49,089 bases of DNA from Nanoarchaeum sp. (GTDB lineage: Archaea > Nanobdellota > Nanobdellia > SCGC-AAA011-G17 > PNOQ01), in contig PNOQ01000057.1 of NCBI GenBank assembly GCA_013824915.1, positions 1-49,089 on the forward strand, read 5' to 3'. How positions within the stretch are numbered: position 1 is the first letter of the stretch; each line of letters starts with the position of its first letter. Shown piece by piece: positions 32,719-42,225 of this stretch. Made by a program: the position numbers and the translations under genes. Below the pieces are notes generated by a model, which saw nothing but the letters and a program-made list of their open reading frames with translations, made no database searches and had not been told where the DNA came from.

Positions 32719-33426
32719 TTGTTAGATTACACAGATAAGGACGCTCTGAAAAATATTGGTAAGTTTATGAATTCTTTGAGAAGAAGTGCTGAAGAACATG
32801 ATTTAGAGCTAAGGTTATCCGATACAGAAACAGTTTATTTACCAGATAGCACAACCCCTGTTAGAGGTTATTTCTCAAATGAGCCATTAACATTAGCTGT
32901 AGGTATGGATACATCTTTGGAAAATTGGTTACCTCTTCTATTACATGAAAGTTGTCATTTTGATCAATTGAAAGAAAAAGATCCGACTTTTACTAAAGCA
33001 TATGTTAAGGGAGAAGATTCTATTTATTTGTTGTTCAGATGGGTTGATGGAGAAGATATACCTGCGGATGATTTAAAGTTAGCATTTGAACGAACTAAAG
33101 AATGCGAATTAAATTGTGAAAGAAGAGTTGTTAAAAAAATAAAAGAATTTGAATTACCTATTGATGTAGATGAATATTGTAGAAGAGCAAGTGCATATAT
33201 ACATTATTATAATTATATGGCAATTCGAAGAGTTAAGTATGGCGCAGGTTATGCTCCTTATTACGATAGAAGAATATTAGAATTAATGCCTGCAAATCTA
33301 AGAGGAGCATACAAAAGATTACCTCCTAATGTTTTACCTGCGTATGATACTTTTTTTTCGGAAAAATTTTTAAATGACCGAGTTAAGAATATAATGTTAT
33401 TAAGAAACACAAAAAGAACGGATTGA
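32719..33426 (+). CDS. hypothetical protein with an HExxH motif (putative metallopeptidase, 235 aa)
   Basis: LLLHESCHFDQ contains H-E-x-x-H. The TTG start sits 3 nt beyond the position equivalent to ATG in cassette A. An alternative ATG lies at 32767. Confidence 0.5.
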   Translation: MLDYTDKDALKNIGKFMNSLRRSAEEHDLELRLSDTETVYLPDSTTPVRGYFSNEPLTLAVGMDTSLENWLPLLLHESCHFDQLKEKDPTFTKAYVKGEDSIYLLFRWVDGEDIPADDLKLAFERTKECELNCERRVVKKIKEFELPIDVDEYCRRASAYIHYYNYMAIRRVKYGAGYAPYYDRRILELMPANLRGAYKRLPPNVLPAYDTFFSEKFLNDRVKNIMLLRNTKRTD

Positions 33427-33428
33427 AA

Positions 33429-33929
33429 ATGAAAATAGATAAAGTTTATGTGTTGGGTGCGCCAGGTTCTGGAAAAACATTTCTAGCTAAAAAATTGTCT
33501 AAGATTTTAGGTATAGAACATTTTGATTTGGATGATATATTTTGGGAGAAAAAATATTCTGTTAAACGAAGTGATGAAGAACGAGAAAAATTATTACAAA
33601 AAATTACTAAAAAAAAGCAATGGATTGCCGAAGGTGTTTATGTTTCTTGGACAAATGAAGTTATAAAAAATAGTAATTTAGTTATTTGGTTAGATTCACC
33701 AAGTCATGTTTTGATGTGGAGAGTTTTGAACAGATATTTCCAAAGAAAAGAAAATTTCAAAGACACTATGATGTTGTTAAATTCTATTAAAGAGTATAAA
33801 CAAAATAATCAAGATGGTTATAAACAACATAGAAAATTAATTGAAAGTCATGAAGTGGATTTTGTTTATATAAAAAGTAAAGATGAAGTTGATAATTTTT
33901 TAAAAAATTTCTTGAAGAAGATGAAGTAG
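33429..33929 (+). CDS. P-loop kinase-like protein (adenylate kinase / topology-modulation-protein-like)
   Basis: P-loop VLGAPGSGKTFLAKKL close to the N-terminus. ATG 33429 is preferred over TTG 33423. Confidence 0.5.
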   Translation: MKIDKVYVLGAPGSGKTFLAKKLSKILGIEHFDLDDIFWEKKYSVKRSDEEREKLLQKITKKKQWIAEGVYVSWTNEVIKNSNLVIWLDSPSHVLMWRVLNRYFQRKENFKDTMMLLNSIKEYKQNNQDGYKQHRKLIESHEVDFVYIKSKDEVDNFLKNFLKKMK

Positions 33930-34202
33930 TTATCTTAACATTAATATTTTGGTGTAGTCTATTACGTAATGACCTGCAAGACGAGGATTACGAGTTTTAT
34001 AATCTGGTCTTTCTTGGCCAAGTTCATCAAACCTAGATCTAACTCCTAAATGTAATTCTTTTTTTTCTCCATCATGATCTAAATAAGAACCTGACATTTG
34101 TACTGGTTCTGTTTCAGTTTGTATAAAAAAAGAAATCTTTTCTAAGATTTTCATGTTTTCTAATTTTTCTTCTATGCTTTCCAAACTTTCTATAAAACAC
34201 AT
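33930..34202 (-). CDS. hypothetical protein (90 aa)
   Basis: ORF only. Confidence 0.4.
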   Translation of the reverse strand: MCFIESLESIEEKLENMKILEKISFFIQTETEPVQMSGSYLDHDGEKKELHLGVRSRFDELGQERPDYKTRNPRLAGHYVIDYTKILMLR

Positions 34203-34217
34203 AAAATTATTGAATCT

Positions 34218-34793
34218 TTAATTCTTTTTAAATATATTGAATAATGTTATTCCTAATATTACGAATAAACCGCCAAACAAAAACCAAATCGCATAGTTTG
34301 GATTAGTTGTTATTACTTCTTGTGCTGGAGCTACTGCTTTTAACATTCCTGAAGCACTATCTTGTTCTACCATTTCTGTTCCAACATTTAATGCATTTGA
34401 AAAATAATAATCTTGATATATTTTTATGAATGCTGAGATAGCTACTGTGATTAAAGTTATTGGCAAAAATCCTTTTAATTTTTCTAAAGTGTTTTTTGAA
34501 CTATCTGATGAAATTATAATATACTTTTTAGCTAAAGTAAATACACGCATCTTTTTTCCTTTTTTGCTCCAGAAGAATTCTTTGGACTTTACTAAATTTG
34601 CTTCTTTTAATTGTGTTATATTATAATGTATTGTTGGTAGTGGAATATTAAGTTTTTCTGATAATTCTGACTCGGTAGCTTCATTGTGTTCTGCTAGGTA
34701 AGCTATAATCTTTTGAGAGGTTTCATTGGACATAGCGTTAGCTATATTTTTTGAATCTTTCATTGATAGTAAAATAAATGGTTCGTCTGTCAT
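34218..34793 (-). CDS. ArsR-like winged-helix protein with C-terminal transmembrane segments
   Basis: The wHTH is SQKIIAYLAEHNEATESELSEKLNIPLPTIHYNITQLKEANLV. Hydrophobic segments are LPITLITVAISAFI and AIWFLFGGLFVILGITLF. Confidence 0.6.
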   Translation of the reverse strand: MTDEPFILLSMKDSKNIANAMSNETSQKIIAYLAEHNEATESELSEKLNIPLPTIHYNITQLKEANLVKSKEFFWSKKGKKMRVFTLAKKYIIISSDSSKNTLEKLKGFLPITLITVAISAFIKIYQDYYFSNALNVGTEMVEQDSASGMLKAVAPAQEVITTNPNYAIWFLFGGLFVILGITLFNIFKKN

Positions 34794-34886
34794 AATTATT
34801 GTTAATAATTTAAGTTTATAAAGGTTATTTTAGGTTTAAATTAGATTAAATAAACTTTATATATACCAATAAATTCCCTAAATAAA

Positions 34887-35606
34887 ATGGTTAAAGGTCT
34901 TAGAAAGTTAGGTGGGAGTAAACAAGCAGAATATGACAGCTTTGGAAATGTATTATATGATGTTGGTAGTAGACTTATCCCTGAAAAAGTTTTAAAAATT
35001 GGCCTGGGTGTTGGTGCTCTAGCTGTTTGTGGTTTTTTAGGAGTTAATGCTTACAAAACTGACCAAGCTGAAAAAAAAGAATTAGCTAAAAGACAAAGAT
35101 ACGAAGCTATACAAGATAGTTTGGCTTCGCAAGAATTAATTTTTGAAACTAGAGGATTAGAATATTTGGCTCAAGGAAATCTAGATGGAGCAATAGAGCA
35201 AGCAATTGCAGGTGAAAACATACGACCTAATATAGCTAACAATTTAGACAGATTGAATAGAGAAATTGCTTTGGTTGATCAAAATATATCATTAAACCAA
35301 AAATTAGCTGATTTGAGATCAGAGTTCAATAATTCACATTATGTTATTCAAGAAGGCGAAGATTTAATGGATATTTCTAAGAAATATTTTAAAGCAGTTT
35401 ATGGGAGAGAAGCTCGTGGAAGTTATCCTAACTTTTGGGGCGAAGGTGCTACTGGCGATATACCAGAATTATTTGGTATATTAGAAGATATTGTTGATTA
35501 TGGTCGGGCTAATAAAATGTTTTATGCTGCTACTGATAGTTTAACTCCTGGGACTACTATCAGAATGCCTAAGAAATCTTTTGAGAAAGTAGATTATAAA
35601 CATTAA
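34887..35606 (+). CDS. membrane-anchored protein with a C-terminal LysM-like segment
   Basis: N-terminal TM segment IGLGVGALAVCGFLGV. HYVIQEGEDLMDISKKYF....LTPGTTIRMP resembles LysM but carries a long insertion. Confidence 0.4.
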   Translation: MVKGLRKLGGSKQAEYDSFGNVLYDVGSRLIPEKVLKIGLGVGALAVCGFLGVNAYKTDQAEKKELAKRQRYEAIQDSLASQELIFETRGLEYLAQGNLDGAIEQAIAGENIRPNIANNLDRLNREIALVDQNISLNQKLADLRSEFNNSHYVIQEGEDLMDISKKYFKAVYGREARGSYPNFWGEGATGDIPELFGILEDIVDYGRANKMFYAATDSLTPGTTIRMPKKSFEKVDYKH

Positions 35607-35608
35607 TT

Positions 35609-35881
35609 TTATAATTCGAACTCTTGGATAAAATCTATGATTGTTTGGTATTTTTCTATAAATCTAAACCCTTTATCAGTTAAAGAAATAAATTTTTCAT
35701 TTTTGTAATCTGAAATTTCTTTTATAAAATGTTTCGTTAATAATTCTTGTAAATAAGTAGAAAATCTTTCTGAAGAAATATTAGACTTTCTTAATAAAGG
35801 GGTTGGTTTTATATGATTATTATTATCCCGTATGGTTATCAAAATGTCTTTGATAATATCTATCTTTCCACGTTTAACCAT
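35609..35881 (-). CDS. small winged-helix DNA-binding protein (90 aa)
   Basis: IDIIKDIL..I......KPT.L..K.N.S.ERF..YL.EL....FI.E........LT.KG..F is the typical small archaeal wHTH regulator pattern. Confidence 0.55.
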   Translation of the reverse strand: MVKRGKIDIIKDILITIRDNNNHIKPTPLLRKSNISSERFSTYLQELLTKHFIKEISDYKNEKFISLTDKGFRFIEKYQTIIDFIQEFEL

Positions 35882-35882
35882 T

Positions 35883-36575
35883 TTAGTTAGGCCCTGTTTT
35901 TTTTACTACTTTGTAAAATATCATTAAGAAAACGGTGCATGAAGCTAAATAAATCACCAATTTGATATTATCTAAGAAATTTGGAACTAATATATCAAAT
36001 ATATTAATTATCCAAAATACAAGTAATAAAACATAAACTGCATATATGTTGTGCCCTTTTCTTTTATATTCTGAACTATTATAAGCTAAAGACACGGTGA
36101 ATACAACTAAGAGTAATAAAAAAATGTTTATCCCTAAGTAGACTAATATATTCCTTGATAAAATAGTTATTATCGATATTATGAATGCTAAAAGATGAAA
36201 TAAATAAATTTGTTTTGAACTTCCTTTCCACTTTTTCCACATGACACTATATAATAAATAAAATATTGCCATAGAACTGAAGTAAATAAATATAAACATA
36301 GTTAGTGGGCCGAATAATCTTGGTGAGATTTCAAATATCTGGTTATTGTTAAAATAAACTGAGATAAATTTAATGAATGATCTGAAAAAATATGCTATTG
36401 CGAAAAATAAGAATGCTTGTCTAAAATATTTTATCCCTTTGTAAGAACTTAACTCATAGATTTCTTTTGTGCCAAAATAAATTATTAAACTACATAGAAT
36501 TATAACGAATGAATAAATTATTTCTGTTCCAAATCCCACAGTTATTATTTCTCTAGGTATATGAGGGGGTGCCAT
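35883..36575 (-). CDS. multi-pass membrane protein (230 aa, about 7 TM)
   Basis: Repeated hydrophobic segments. It lies immediately upstream of, and is co-oriented with, the wHTH gene. Confidence 0.6.
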   Translation of the reverse strand: MAPPHIPREIITVGFGTEIIYSFVIILCSLIIYFGTKEIYELSSYKGIKYFRQAFLFFAIAYFFRSFIKFISVYFNNNQIFEISPRLFGPLTMFIFIYFSSMAIFYLLYSVMWKKWKGSSKQIYLFHLLAFIISIITILSRNILVYLGINIFLLLLVVFTVSLAYNSSEYKRKGHNIYAVYVLLLVFWIINIFDILVPNFLDNIKLVIYLASCTVFLMIFYKVVKKTGPN

Positions 36576-36618
36576 TTTTTTGTTTGATATGTGTGATATT
36601 TAAATCTTTATAAAAACA

Positions 36619-36648
36619 ATGGATATTAAGTCCATCTTGTTTAAATAT
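36619..36648 (+). promoter_or_regulatory. inverted repeat ATGGA-N7-TCCAT fused to the TATA box TTAAATAT (cassette 1)
   Basis: ATGGATATTAAGTCCATCTTGTTTAAATA is 24/29 identical to 37629-37657 with the same IR-to-TATA spacing. ATG 36671 lies 30 nt after the TATA start. Confidence 0.55.
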
Positions 36649-36670
36649 AGATTTTTTGATTATTCTTAAA

Positions 36671-36949
36671 ATGAAAAAAATGATATACTCTTTGATTGTA
36701 TTGTTATTTGTGATAGTAGGGGGGTTCTTTGTTTTTAAAGATAAACCGAAGGATTTTGGTGAAAGACCTGATTTTGATTTAGATAATCAAACAAAAGCAG
36801 AAATAACTTATTTTTTTGAGGTTACACCTGATTTAACCGAAGTAGAAGTTTATTGTGAGAACAACAGAAATTATTGTGCATTTTATTGTATGGAAGTAAA
36901 TAGAACTCATGAAGTTTGCAATAACCTGCGAAGAGAACCACCGAAATGA
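36671..36949 (+). CDS. small membrane-anchored Cys-containing protein (92 aa)
   Basis: N-terminal TM segment IYSLIVLLFVIVGGFFVF and 4 Cys in the C-terminal third. ATGA overlap with the ABC ATPase gene. Confidence 0.5.
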   Translation: MKKMIYSLIVLLFVIVGGFFVFKDKPKDFGERPDFDLDNQTKAEITYFFEVTPDLTEVEVYCENNRNYCAFYCMEVNRTHEVCNNLRREPPK

Positions 36950-37623
36950 AGAATGACATAATCAGAATAGAAAATGTATGGAAAAAATATGACATGGGTA
37001 GTGTTGAACCTTTAGTTGTATTAAAAGAGATAAATCTTACGATAAAACGAGGTGAATTTGTTGCTATAACTGGTCCTTCTGGTTCAGGTAAAAGCACGAT
37101 GGTTAATATTGTTGGTGCTTTAGACAAGCCTTCTTGGGGGAGTGTTTATTTGGATGATGAAAATATATCTAAAATGAGCGAATCTTCTTTAGCTTTTCTC
37201 AGGGGTAAAACAATAGGTTTTATTTTTCAACAATTTAATCTTCTTCCGAATTTATCTGCTCTTGAAAATGTAATGTTGCCTATGGAAATTATTGACCAAG
37301 ATGAAAAGAAATCTAGAGAAACTGCAGAGAAACTACTCACAAAATTAGGTCTAGGAGATAGAATTAATCATAAACCTAATGAATTATCTGGAGGGCAACA
37401 ACAGAGAGTTGCAATAGCACGTTCATTAGCTAATGATCCTGAGGTTATCATAGCCGATGAGCCTACAGGTAACTTAGATAGTAAAACAGGTAAATTTATC
37501 ATGGATTTCTTAGGTGAATTAAATAGTAATGGTAAGACTGTAATTTTGATAACTCATGATTTAGATTTAGTAAAATATGCTAAAAGAATAGTTTATATAA
37601 AAGACGGGAGGATTGAAAAATAA
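36946..37623 (+). CDS. ABC transporter ATP-binding protein (MacB/LolD-like)
   Basis: Walker [10 protein letters not shown], signature [15 protein letters not shown] and Walker [12 protein letters not shown]. Confidence 0.9.
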   Translation: MKNDIIRIENVWKKYDMGSVEPLVVLKEINLTIKRGEFVAITGPSGSGKSTMVNIVGALDKPSWGSVYLDDENISKMSESSLAFLRGKTIGFIFQQFNLLPNLSALENVMLPMEIIDQDEKKSRETAEKLLTKLGLGDRINHKPNELSGGQQQRVAIARSLANDPEVIIADEPTGNLDSKTGKFIMDFLGELNSNGKTVILITHDLDLVKYAKRIVYIKDGRIEK

Positions 37624-37627
37624 TTAA

Positions 37628-37657
37628 GATGGATTATAAGTCCATCTCATTTAAAAA
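37628..37657 (+). promoter_or_regulatory. inverted repeat GATGGA-N7-TCCATC fused to the TATA box TTTAAAAA (cassette 2)
   Basis: See 36619-36648. ATG 37681 lies 31 nt after the TATA start. Confidence 0.55.
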
Positions 37658-37680
37658 TGATTTTTGTCAATTAAGATAAA

Positions 37681-38700
37681 ATGAGAAATAAAAATAATTT
37701 TATATTGTTGGTAGTTGTTTTTTTTGTTTTAAGTTCAGTTTCTGCTAGTTCGGAACCACTTCTTTCTGGGGAGTGTAGTTTGAGTATCTCTATGATAAAT
37801 CAAGAGCCATATCCTGCAATTCCCGGAGAATATGTTGATGTTGTTTTTCAAGTGAGTGGTGTAGCAAGTAATCAATGTGATGGTGCGTTGTTTGAATTAA
37901 TACAAAGTTATCCATTTTCTTTAGATGATGATAATGGTTTGAGAATCTTGGATGACAGCACATACATTAAAGACTATGATAGTGATTGGATGATAGCTTA
38001 TAAAATACGAGTTGATGAAGATGCACTTGATGGCACATCAACATTAAAAATACATTATACTCCTGGAACCTCAAACTTGGATTCATATGTTGAAAAAACG
38101 TTTGATATCGAAATAGAAGATTCTAGAACTAGTTTTGATGCAGTCATACAAGAAACCACTGCAAGTGAAACTGCAATAGCTATAGCTAATATTGGCAAGT
38201 ATACGGCTAATTCTGTCGTTGTAAGAATTCCTGAACAAGATTATTTTAAAGCTACTAGTACTAGTGGTCAAATGGTAGGAAATTTAGAAGCAGGGGATTA
38301 TACTGTTGTAAATTTTGCATTAACTAAATTACCTTCAAAAGATCAAGAAACCAGTCTTAAATTTGACATATATTATACTGATGGTCTCGGTTTGAGAAGA
38401 ACAGTTAATATGGAAATTCCAATGGGTTCCGAGAGCAATAGCTTACCCAATAATATTTCAGTAGATTATCAGGAATTTGGAGGAAGAAACATGCCTCGTA
38501 CAAATAGTAATAATACTTATTTAACATTAGCAATAATAATATTGGGTTTGGGTTTAGTCTTCTTGTTGTATAAAAAGAAACGTAAAAAAATAAAAAATAT
38601 TTTTAAAAAATTCAAAAGAAATTCTAACACAAACCAAAATGAAAATTTAAATGAACCTACTTGGGTTAAACATCAAAAAGAAGGAGTAAAGGGGAAATAA
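37681..38700 (+). CDS. secreted, C-terminally anchored S-layer-domain-like protein associated with the ABC transporter
   Basis: Signal peptide FILLVVVFFVLSSVSASS, the block MINQEPYPAIPGEYVDVVFQVSG typical of COG1361-like archaeal surface proteins, and a C-terminal TM segment plus basic tail. Confidence 0.55.
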   Translation: MRNKNNFILLVVVFFVLSSVSASSEPLLSGECSLSISMINQEPYPAIPGEYVDVVFQVSGVASNQCDGALFELIQSYPFSLDDDNGLRILDDSTYIKDYDSDWMIAYKIRVDEDALDGTSTLKIHYTPGTSNLDSYVEKTFDIEIEDSRTSFDAVIQETTASETAIAIANIGKYTANSVVVRIPEQDYFKATSTSGQMVGNLEAGDYTVVNFALTKLPSKDQETSLKFDIYYTDGLGLRRTVNMEIPMGSESNSLPNNISVDYQEFGGRNMPRTNSNNTYLTLAIIILGLGLVFLLYKKKRKKIKNIFKKFKRNSNTNQNENLNEPTWVKHQKEGVKGK

Positions 38701-38718
38701 TTTTCTTTTCTTGCTAAA

Positions 38719-39966
38719 ATGAAATTAAAAAAATGTTTTAATTTAGCTTGGAATATTTTGATACATAGTAAACTTCGAAGCTGGTTAACTATTATTGGGA
38801 TTATAATAGGAATTGCCGCAGTTGTTTCTATTATTTCAATAAGCCAAGGCGCACAACAACAACTAGAAGATAGACTAGGCAGTCTTGGTGCAGATATACT
38901 TACTGTTTCACCAGGATTTTCAAAAGCATCTGGGCCAATGGGAGGGTTTAGAGAAGGCCCCATGGATAGTGACTCTGATTCTTCCGATGAACAAAAAAAT
39001 TTAACTGTAAAAGATGTGTTAGTGCTAAAAAATTTAGATAATGTTAAGTATGTTATGGGTCAAGTTTCTGGCAAAGGGGAAATGACTTATTTAAGTAAGA
39101 CTGCATCTGTTTCTGTAACCGGTGTAGATGAATCAGTTTGGAAGGATATAACTTATGATGAACTTGCTTCTGGAAGATTTCTTGTACAAAGTGATTTCTT
39201 TTCTGTAGTGTTGGGTGGAAGACTTGTTGAAACCACATTCGAAAATAAAATTCCGCTAAATGGTAAAATCACGATTGAAGGAAAAAGTTTCAAAGTTGTC
39301 GGTATTTTGGCTGATGGAAATGGGGTATATATGCCGCTAGATATTGCAAGAACAGTATTGGAAGACGTAGGCGAAGAAGAATTTAGTTCAATTTCTGTTA
39401 AAATAGAGGATGTTGAAATAGCAAACGAAACTGTTGGGTTGATAGAGAAAAAATTGATGTTTTCTAGGGGAATATTAAACGAAAAAAATGTAGACTTTTC
39501 AGTTTCGAATCCATCAGAAATGCAAGCAACAATACAAGAAACTACTCAAACTATGAGCTTATTTTTAGGGGCGATAGCTGCAATTTCTTTATTAGTTGGC
39601 GCAATTGGGATAGCCAATACTATGTTTACTTCGGTTTTAGAAAAAACTAAAGAAATAGGAATAATGAAAGCTATAGGCGCAAAAAACAAAGATGTGTTAT
39701 TAATATTTTTATTAAACTCAGGTATGATTGGATTAGTTGGTGGATTGGGGGGGATTATACTTGGTGTTTTTGGTTCAACATTGATAGGCTATTGGGGGTC
39801 GACTTTATCTGGTGGCGAGAGTAGAATGTTTGGTAGTACTGCATTAACTCCTGAATTATTAATCGGTGCATTGTTATTTTCTTTGATAATTGGTATGATA
39901 GCTGGAGCAATACCTGCTTATCGAGCATCTAAATTAAATCCTGTTGATGCATTAAGATATCAATAA
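38719..39966 (+). CDS. ABC transporter permease, FtsX/MacB-like
   Basis: N-terminal TM segment, a large extracytoplasmic domain, and a C-terminal FtsX-like 3-TM block (GIANTM....V.E.TKEIG..KA.GA). It ends NPVDALRYQ. Confidence 0.85.
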   Translation: MKLKKCFNLAWNILIHSKLRSWLTIIGIIIGIAAVVSIISISQGAQQQLEDRLGSLGADILTVSPGFSKASGPMGGFREGPMDSDSDSSDEQKNLTVKDVLVLKNLDNVKYVMGQVSGKGEMTYLSKTASVSVTGVDESVWKDITYDELASGRFLVQSDFFSVVLGGRLVETTFENKIPLNGKITIEGKSFKVVGILADGNGVYMPLDIARTVLEDVGEEEFSSISVKIEDVEIANETVGLIEKKLMFSRGILNEKNVDFSVSNPSEMQATIQETTQTMSLFLGAIAAISLLVGAIGIANTMFTSVLEKTKEIGIMKAIGAKNKDVLLIFLLNSGMIGLVGGLGGIILGVFGSTLIGYWGSTLSGGESRMFGSTALTPELLIGALLFSLIIGMIAGAIPAYRASKLNPVDALRYQ

Positions 39967-40016
39967 TTTTTTAGAAACCTTTTTAAAACTCTCAAATAGA
40001 GCTATAGTGATGGAAA

Positions 40017-41729
40017 ATGATAAGGCAGCCTATTTGTGTGCTATTGGCACATGTAGATCATGGAAAAACTTCAATATTAGATAGAATTAGAGGTAGTTCT
40101 GTTGCTGCTAAAGAAGCAGGTGGTATTACACAAGCAATTTCTGCTTATACAATTCCTTTAAAAAATATTAAAAACATTTGTGGTAATTTATTAGATAACA
40201 TTCATTTGACTATACCCGGTATATTATTTATTGATAGTCCTGGGCACGAAGCATTTACAACATTGAGAAAACGTGGTGGAAACATTTCAGATATTGCTAT
40301 TTTAGTTGTTGATATAAATGAAGGATTAAAACCGCAGACTATTGAAGCGATTGAAATATTAAAAAATTATAAAACTCCTTTTGTTGTTGCTGCAAATAAG
40401 ATAGATGCTGTTTCTGGTTGGAGATCTGATCCTGAAAACAGAATAATACAAAATATTAATGATCAGGGTTCTAATGTTATAACTAATATTGAAAATAAAT
40501 TATATACTATTGTAGGTAAATTATCAGAATACGGATTTAATTCTGAACGATTTGATAGAGTTGATGATTATACAAAACAGATTGCTATAATTCCTATCTC
40601 GGCTAAGACTGGAGAAGGATTTGCTGAATTATTAATGGTTATATCTGGGTTGGCACAAAAATTCTTAGAAAAAAAATTGGACATAGATGTTTGTGAACCT
40701 GCTAAAGGCACAATATTAGAAGTTACAGAAGAAAAAGGAATTGGTAAATCTTTAGATGTTATAATTTATGATGGTTGTTTAAAACAAAATGATGTATTGT
40801 TGATTGGTAATATTGGTGATCCTATTGAATCTAAAGCTAAATGTTTATTTAACTTTGGAGACGGAAAATTAACTCCGGTTAATGAGGTTGAAGCTTCTGT
40901 GGTTTTAAAAATTTCGGGGCCTAACTTAGAACATGTTATACCTGGAATGCCGATTAGAGTTGCGAATGAAAATTATGAACAAATAAAAGAAGAATTAATG
41001 GAAGAAGTCGAGGAAGCAGTTATAGAAATTGATAATGAAGGTGTTGTTGTTAAAGCTGACACACTAGGTTCATTAGAAGCTTTGGTTAGATTATTAAAAG
41101 AAAAAAATATTAAAATTAAAAGCGCGGGCATAGGAGATATTAATAAAAAAGATCTTGCTGAAGCTAGTGCTGAACAAGAATATTTGAATAGATTAATATT
41201 GGGATTTAATGTTAAACAAATTGAAAAAGATGATAATGTTAAAGTTATTACAAGCAATATCATTTATAGAGTTATAGAACAAGCTGAAGAATGGTTAACA
41301 AATGAAAGCAGAAATGTTGAGGCTAGAGAATTAAGTAGTATTGTTAAACCTTTTAAATTTACGATATTGAGAAATCATACTTTTAGAAAATCTAGTCCTG
41401 CTATTGTTGGCGTAGAAGTTTTGGGCGGTACTGTAAGAGCTAATACCCCTATAACTAAAGATGGAAAAAAGTTAGGTTTATTGAAAGCTATACAAGATGG
41501 AGATGATAATCTAAAAGAACTAGCTGAAGGCAAACAAGCTGCTATTTCTATTACTAATGTTACTGTGGGCAGACAAATAAATGAACAAGATAATTTATAT
41601 TCTGAGATTTCCGAAGCAGATTTCAGAAAGTTGAAGAAGTTAAAGAAACACTTGAACGCTAAAGAAGTTGAAATTTTGAAAGAGTATGCTGATATGAAAC
41701 GTGTTGAAAACCCTACTTGGGGGATATAG
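40017..41729 (+). CDS. infB: translation initiation factor aIF5B (IF-2)
   Basis: G1 motif AHVDHGKTS, G3 motif IDSPGHEAF, G4 motif ANKID, plus domain order and length (570 aa). Confidence 0.9.
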   Translation: MIRQPICVLLAHVDHGKTSILDRIRGSSVAAKEAGGITQAISAYTIPLKNIKNICGNLLDNIHLTIPGILFIDSPGHEAFTTLRKRGGNISDIAILVVDINEGLKPQTIEAIEILKNYKTPFVVAANKIDAVSGWRSDPENRIIQNINDQGSNVITNIENKLYTIVGKLSEYGFNSERFDRVDDYTKQIAIIPISAKTGEGFAELLMVISGLAQKFLEKKLDIDVCEPAKGTILEVTEEKGIGKSLDVIIYDGCLKQNDVLLIGNIGDPIESKAKCLFNFGDGKLTPVNEVEASVVLKISGPNLEHVIPGMPIRVANENYEQIKEELMEEVEEAVIEIDNEGVVVKADTLGSLEALVRLLKEKNIKIKSAGIGDINKKDLAEASAEQEYLNRLILGFNVKQIEKDDNVKVITSNIIYRVIEQAEEWLTNESRNVEARELSSIVKPFKFTILRNHTFRKSSPAIVGVEVLGGTVRANTPITKDGKKLGLLKAIQDGDDNLKELAEGKQAAISITNVTVGRQINEQDNLYSEISEADFRKLKKLKKHLNAKEVEILKEYADMKRVENPTWGI

Positions 41730-41825
41730 TAACTTTTATAAATCGATGGTTGTTTCATTTTTTTAATGTGGTAAAAATTATTGATGGTAAGAATTTAGAG
41801 TCTACTTTAAAATAATTTTATAAAA

Positions 41826-42140
41826 ATGGAAAAATTAGAAAGATTAATACAAACTGAATCTGGAAGATTACACAGATGGGGTAATAAAATTATTGCCCAA
41901 CGAAATGTTCTTTTAGTTGGTAAGATAACAACTCTTGCTGTACCAAGCCCATGTTTGGATATATCTGAGTATATGGATGAATTAGCTCATAGGGATTCAG
42001 CATTTATTCCAACTCTCGCTAATGCTTATGTAGCTTCTGATTTTTCTTGTGATACTCAACACATAAGAGAACTTAAAGGTCTCGGGGTTAAAAAAATTTA
42101 TTCTATCTTTGCTATTCAGTTTTATCGTATTAATGAATAG
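41826..42140 (+). CDS. hypothetical protein (104 aa)
   Basis: ORF only. The start is uncertain because no well-spaced TATA box is present. Confidence 0.4.
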   Translation: MEKLERLIQTESGRLHRWGNKIIAQRNVLLVGKITTLAVPSPCLDISEYMDELAHRDSAFIPTLANAYVASDFSCDTQHIRELKGLGVKKIYSIFAIQFYRINE

Positions 42141-42225
42141 TTTTAAACTAATTTTTTTAGGTTTAAGCGTTATAAACCTATTAGTAAATCGATAAGGTTT
42201 TAAATCACAACTAAATTCTAAAATC

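Noticed and set aside
40010-40084. An out-of-frame ATG at 40010, 7 nt before the aIF5B start, opening a 24-codon ORF.
   Set aside because: It could be a uORF or the true 5' end of a leaderless transcript. The product has no features, and the conserved G-domain N-terminus (..PICVLLAHVDHGKT) is in the 40017 frame. It is noted only as start-site ambiguity.
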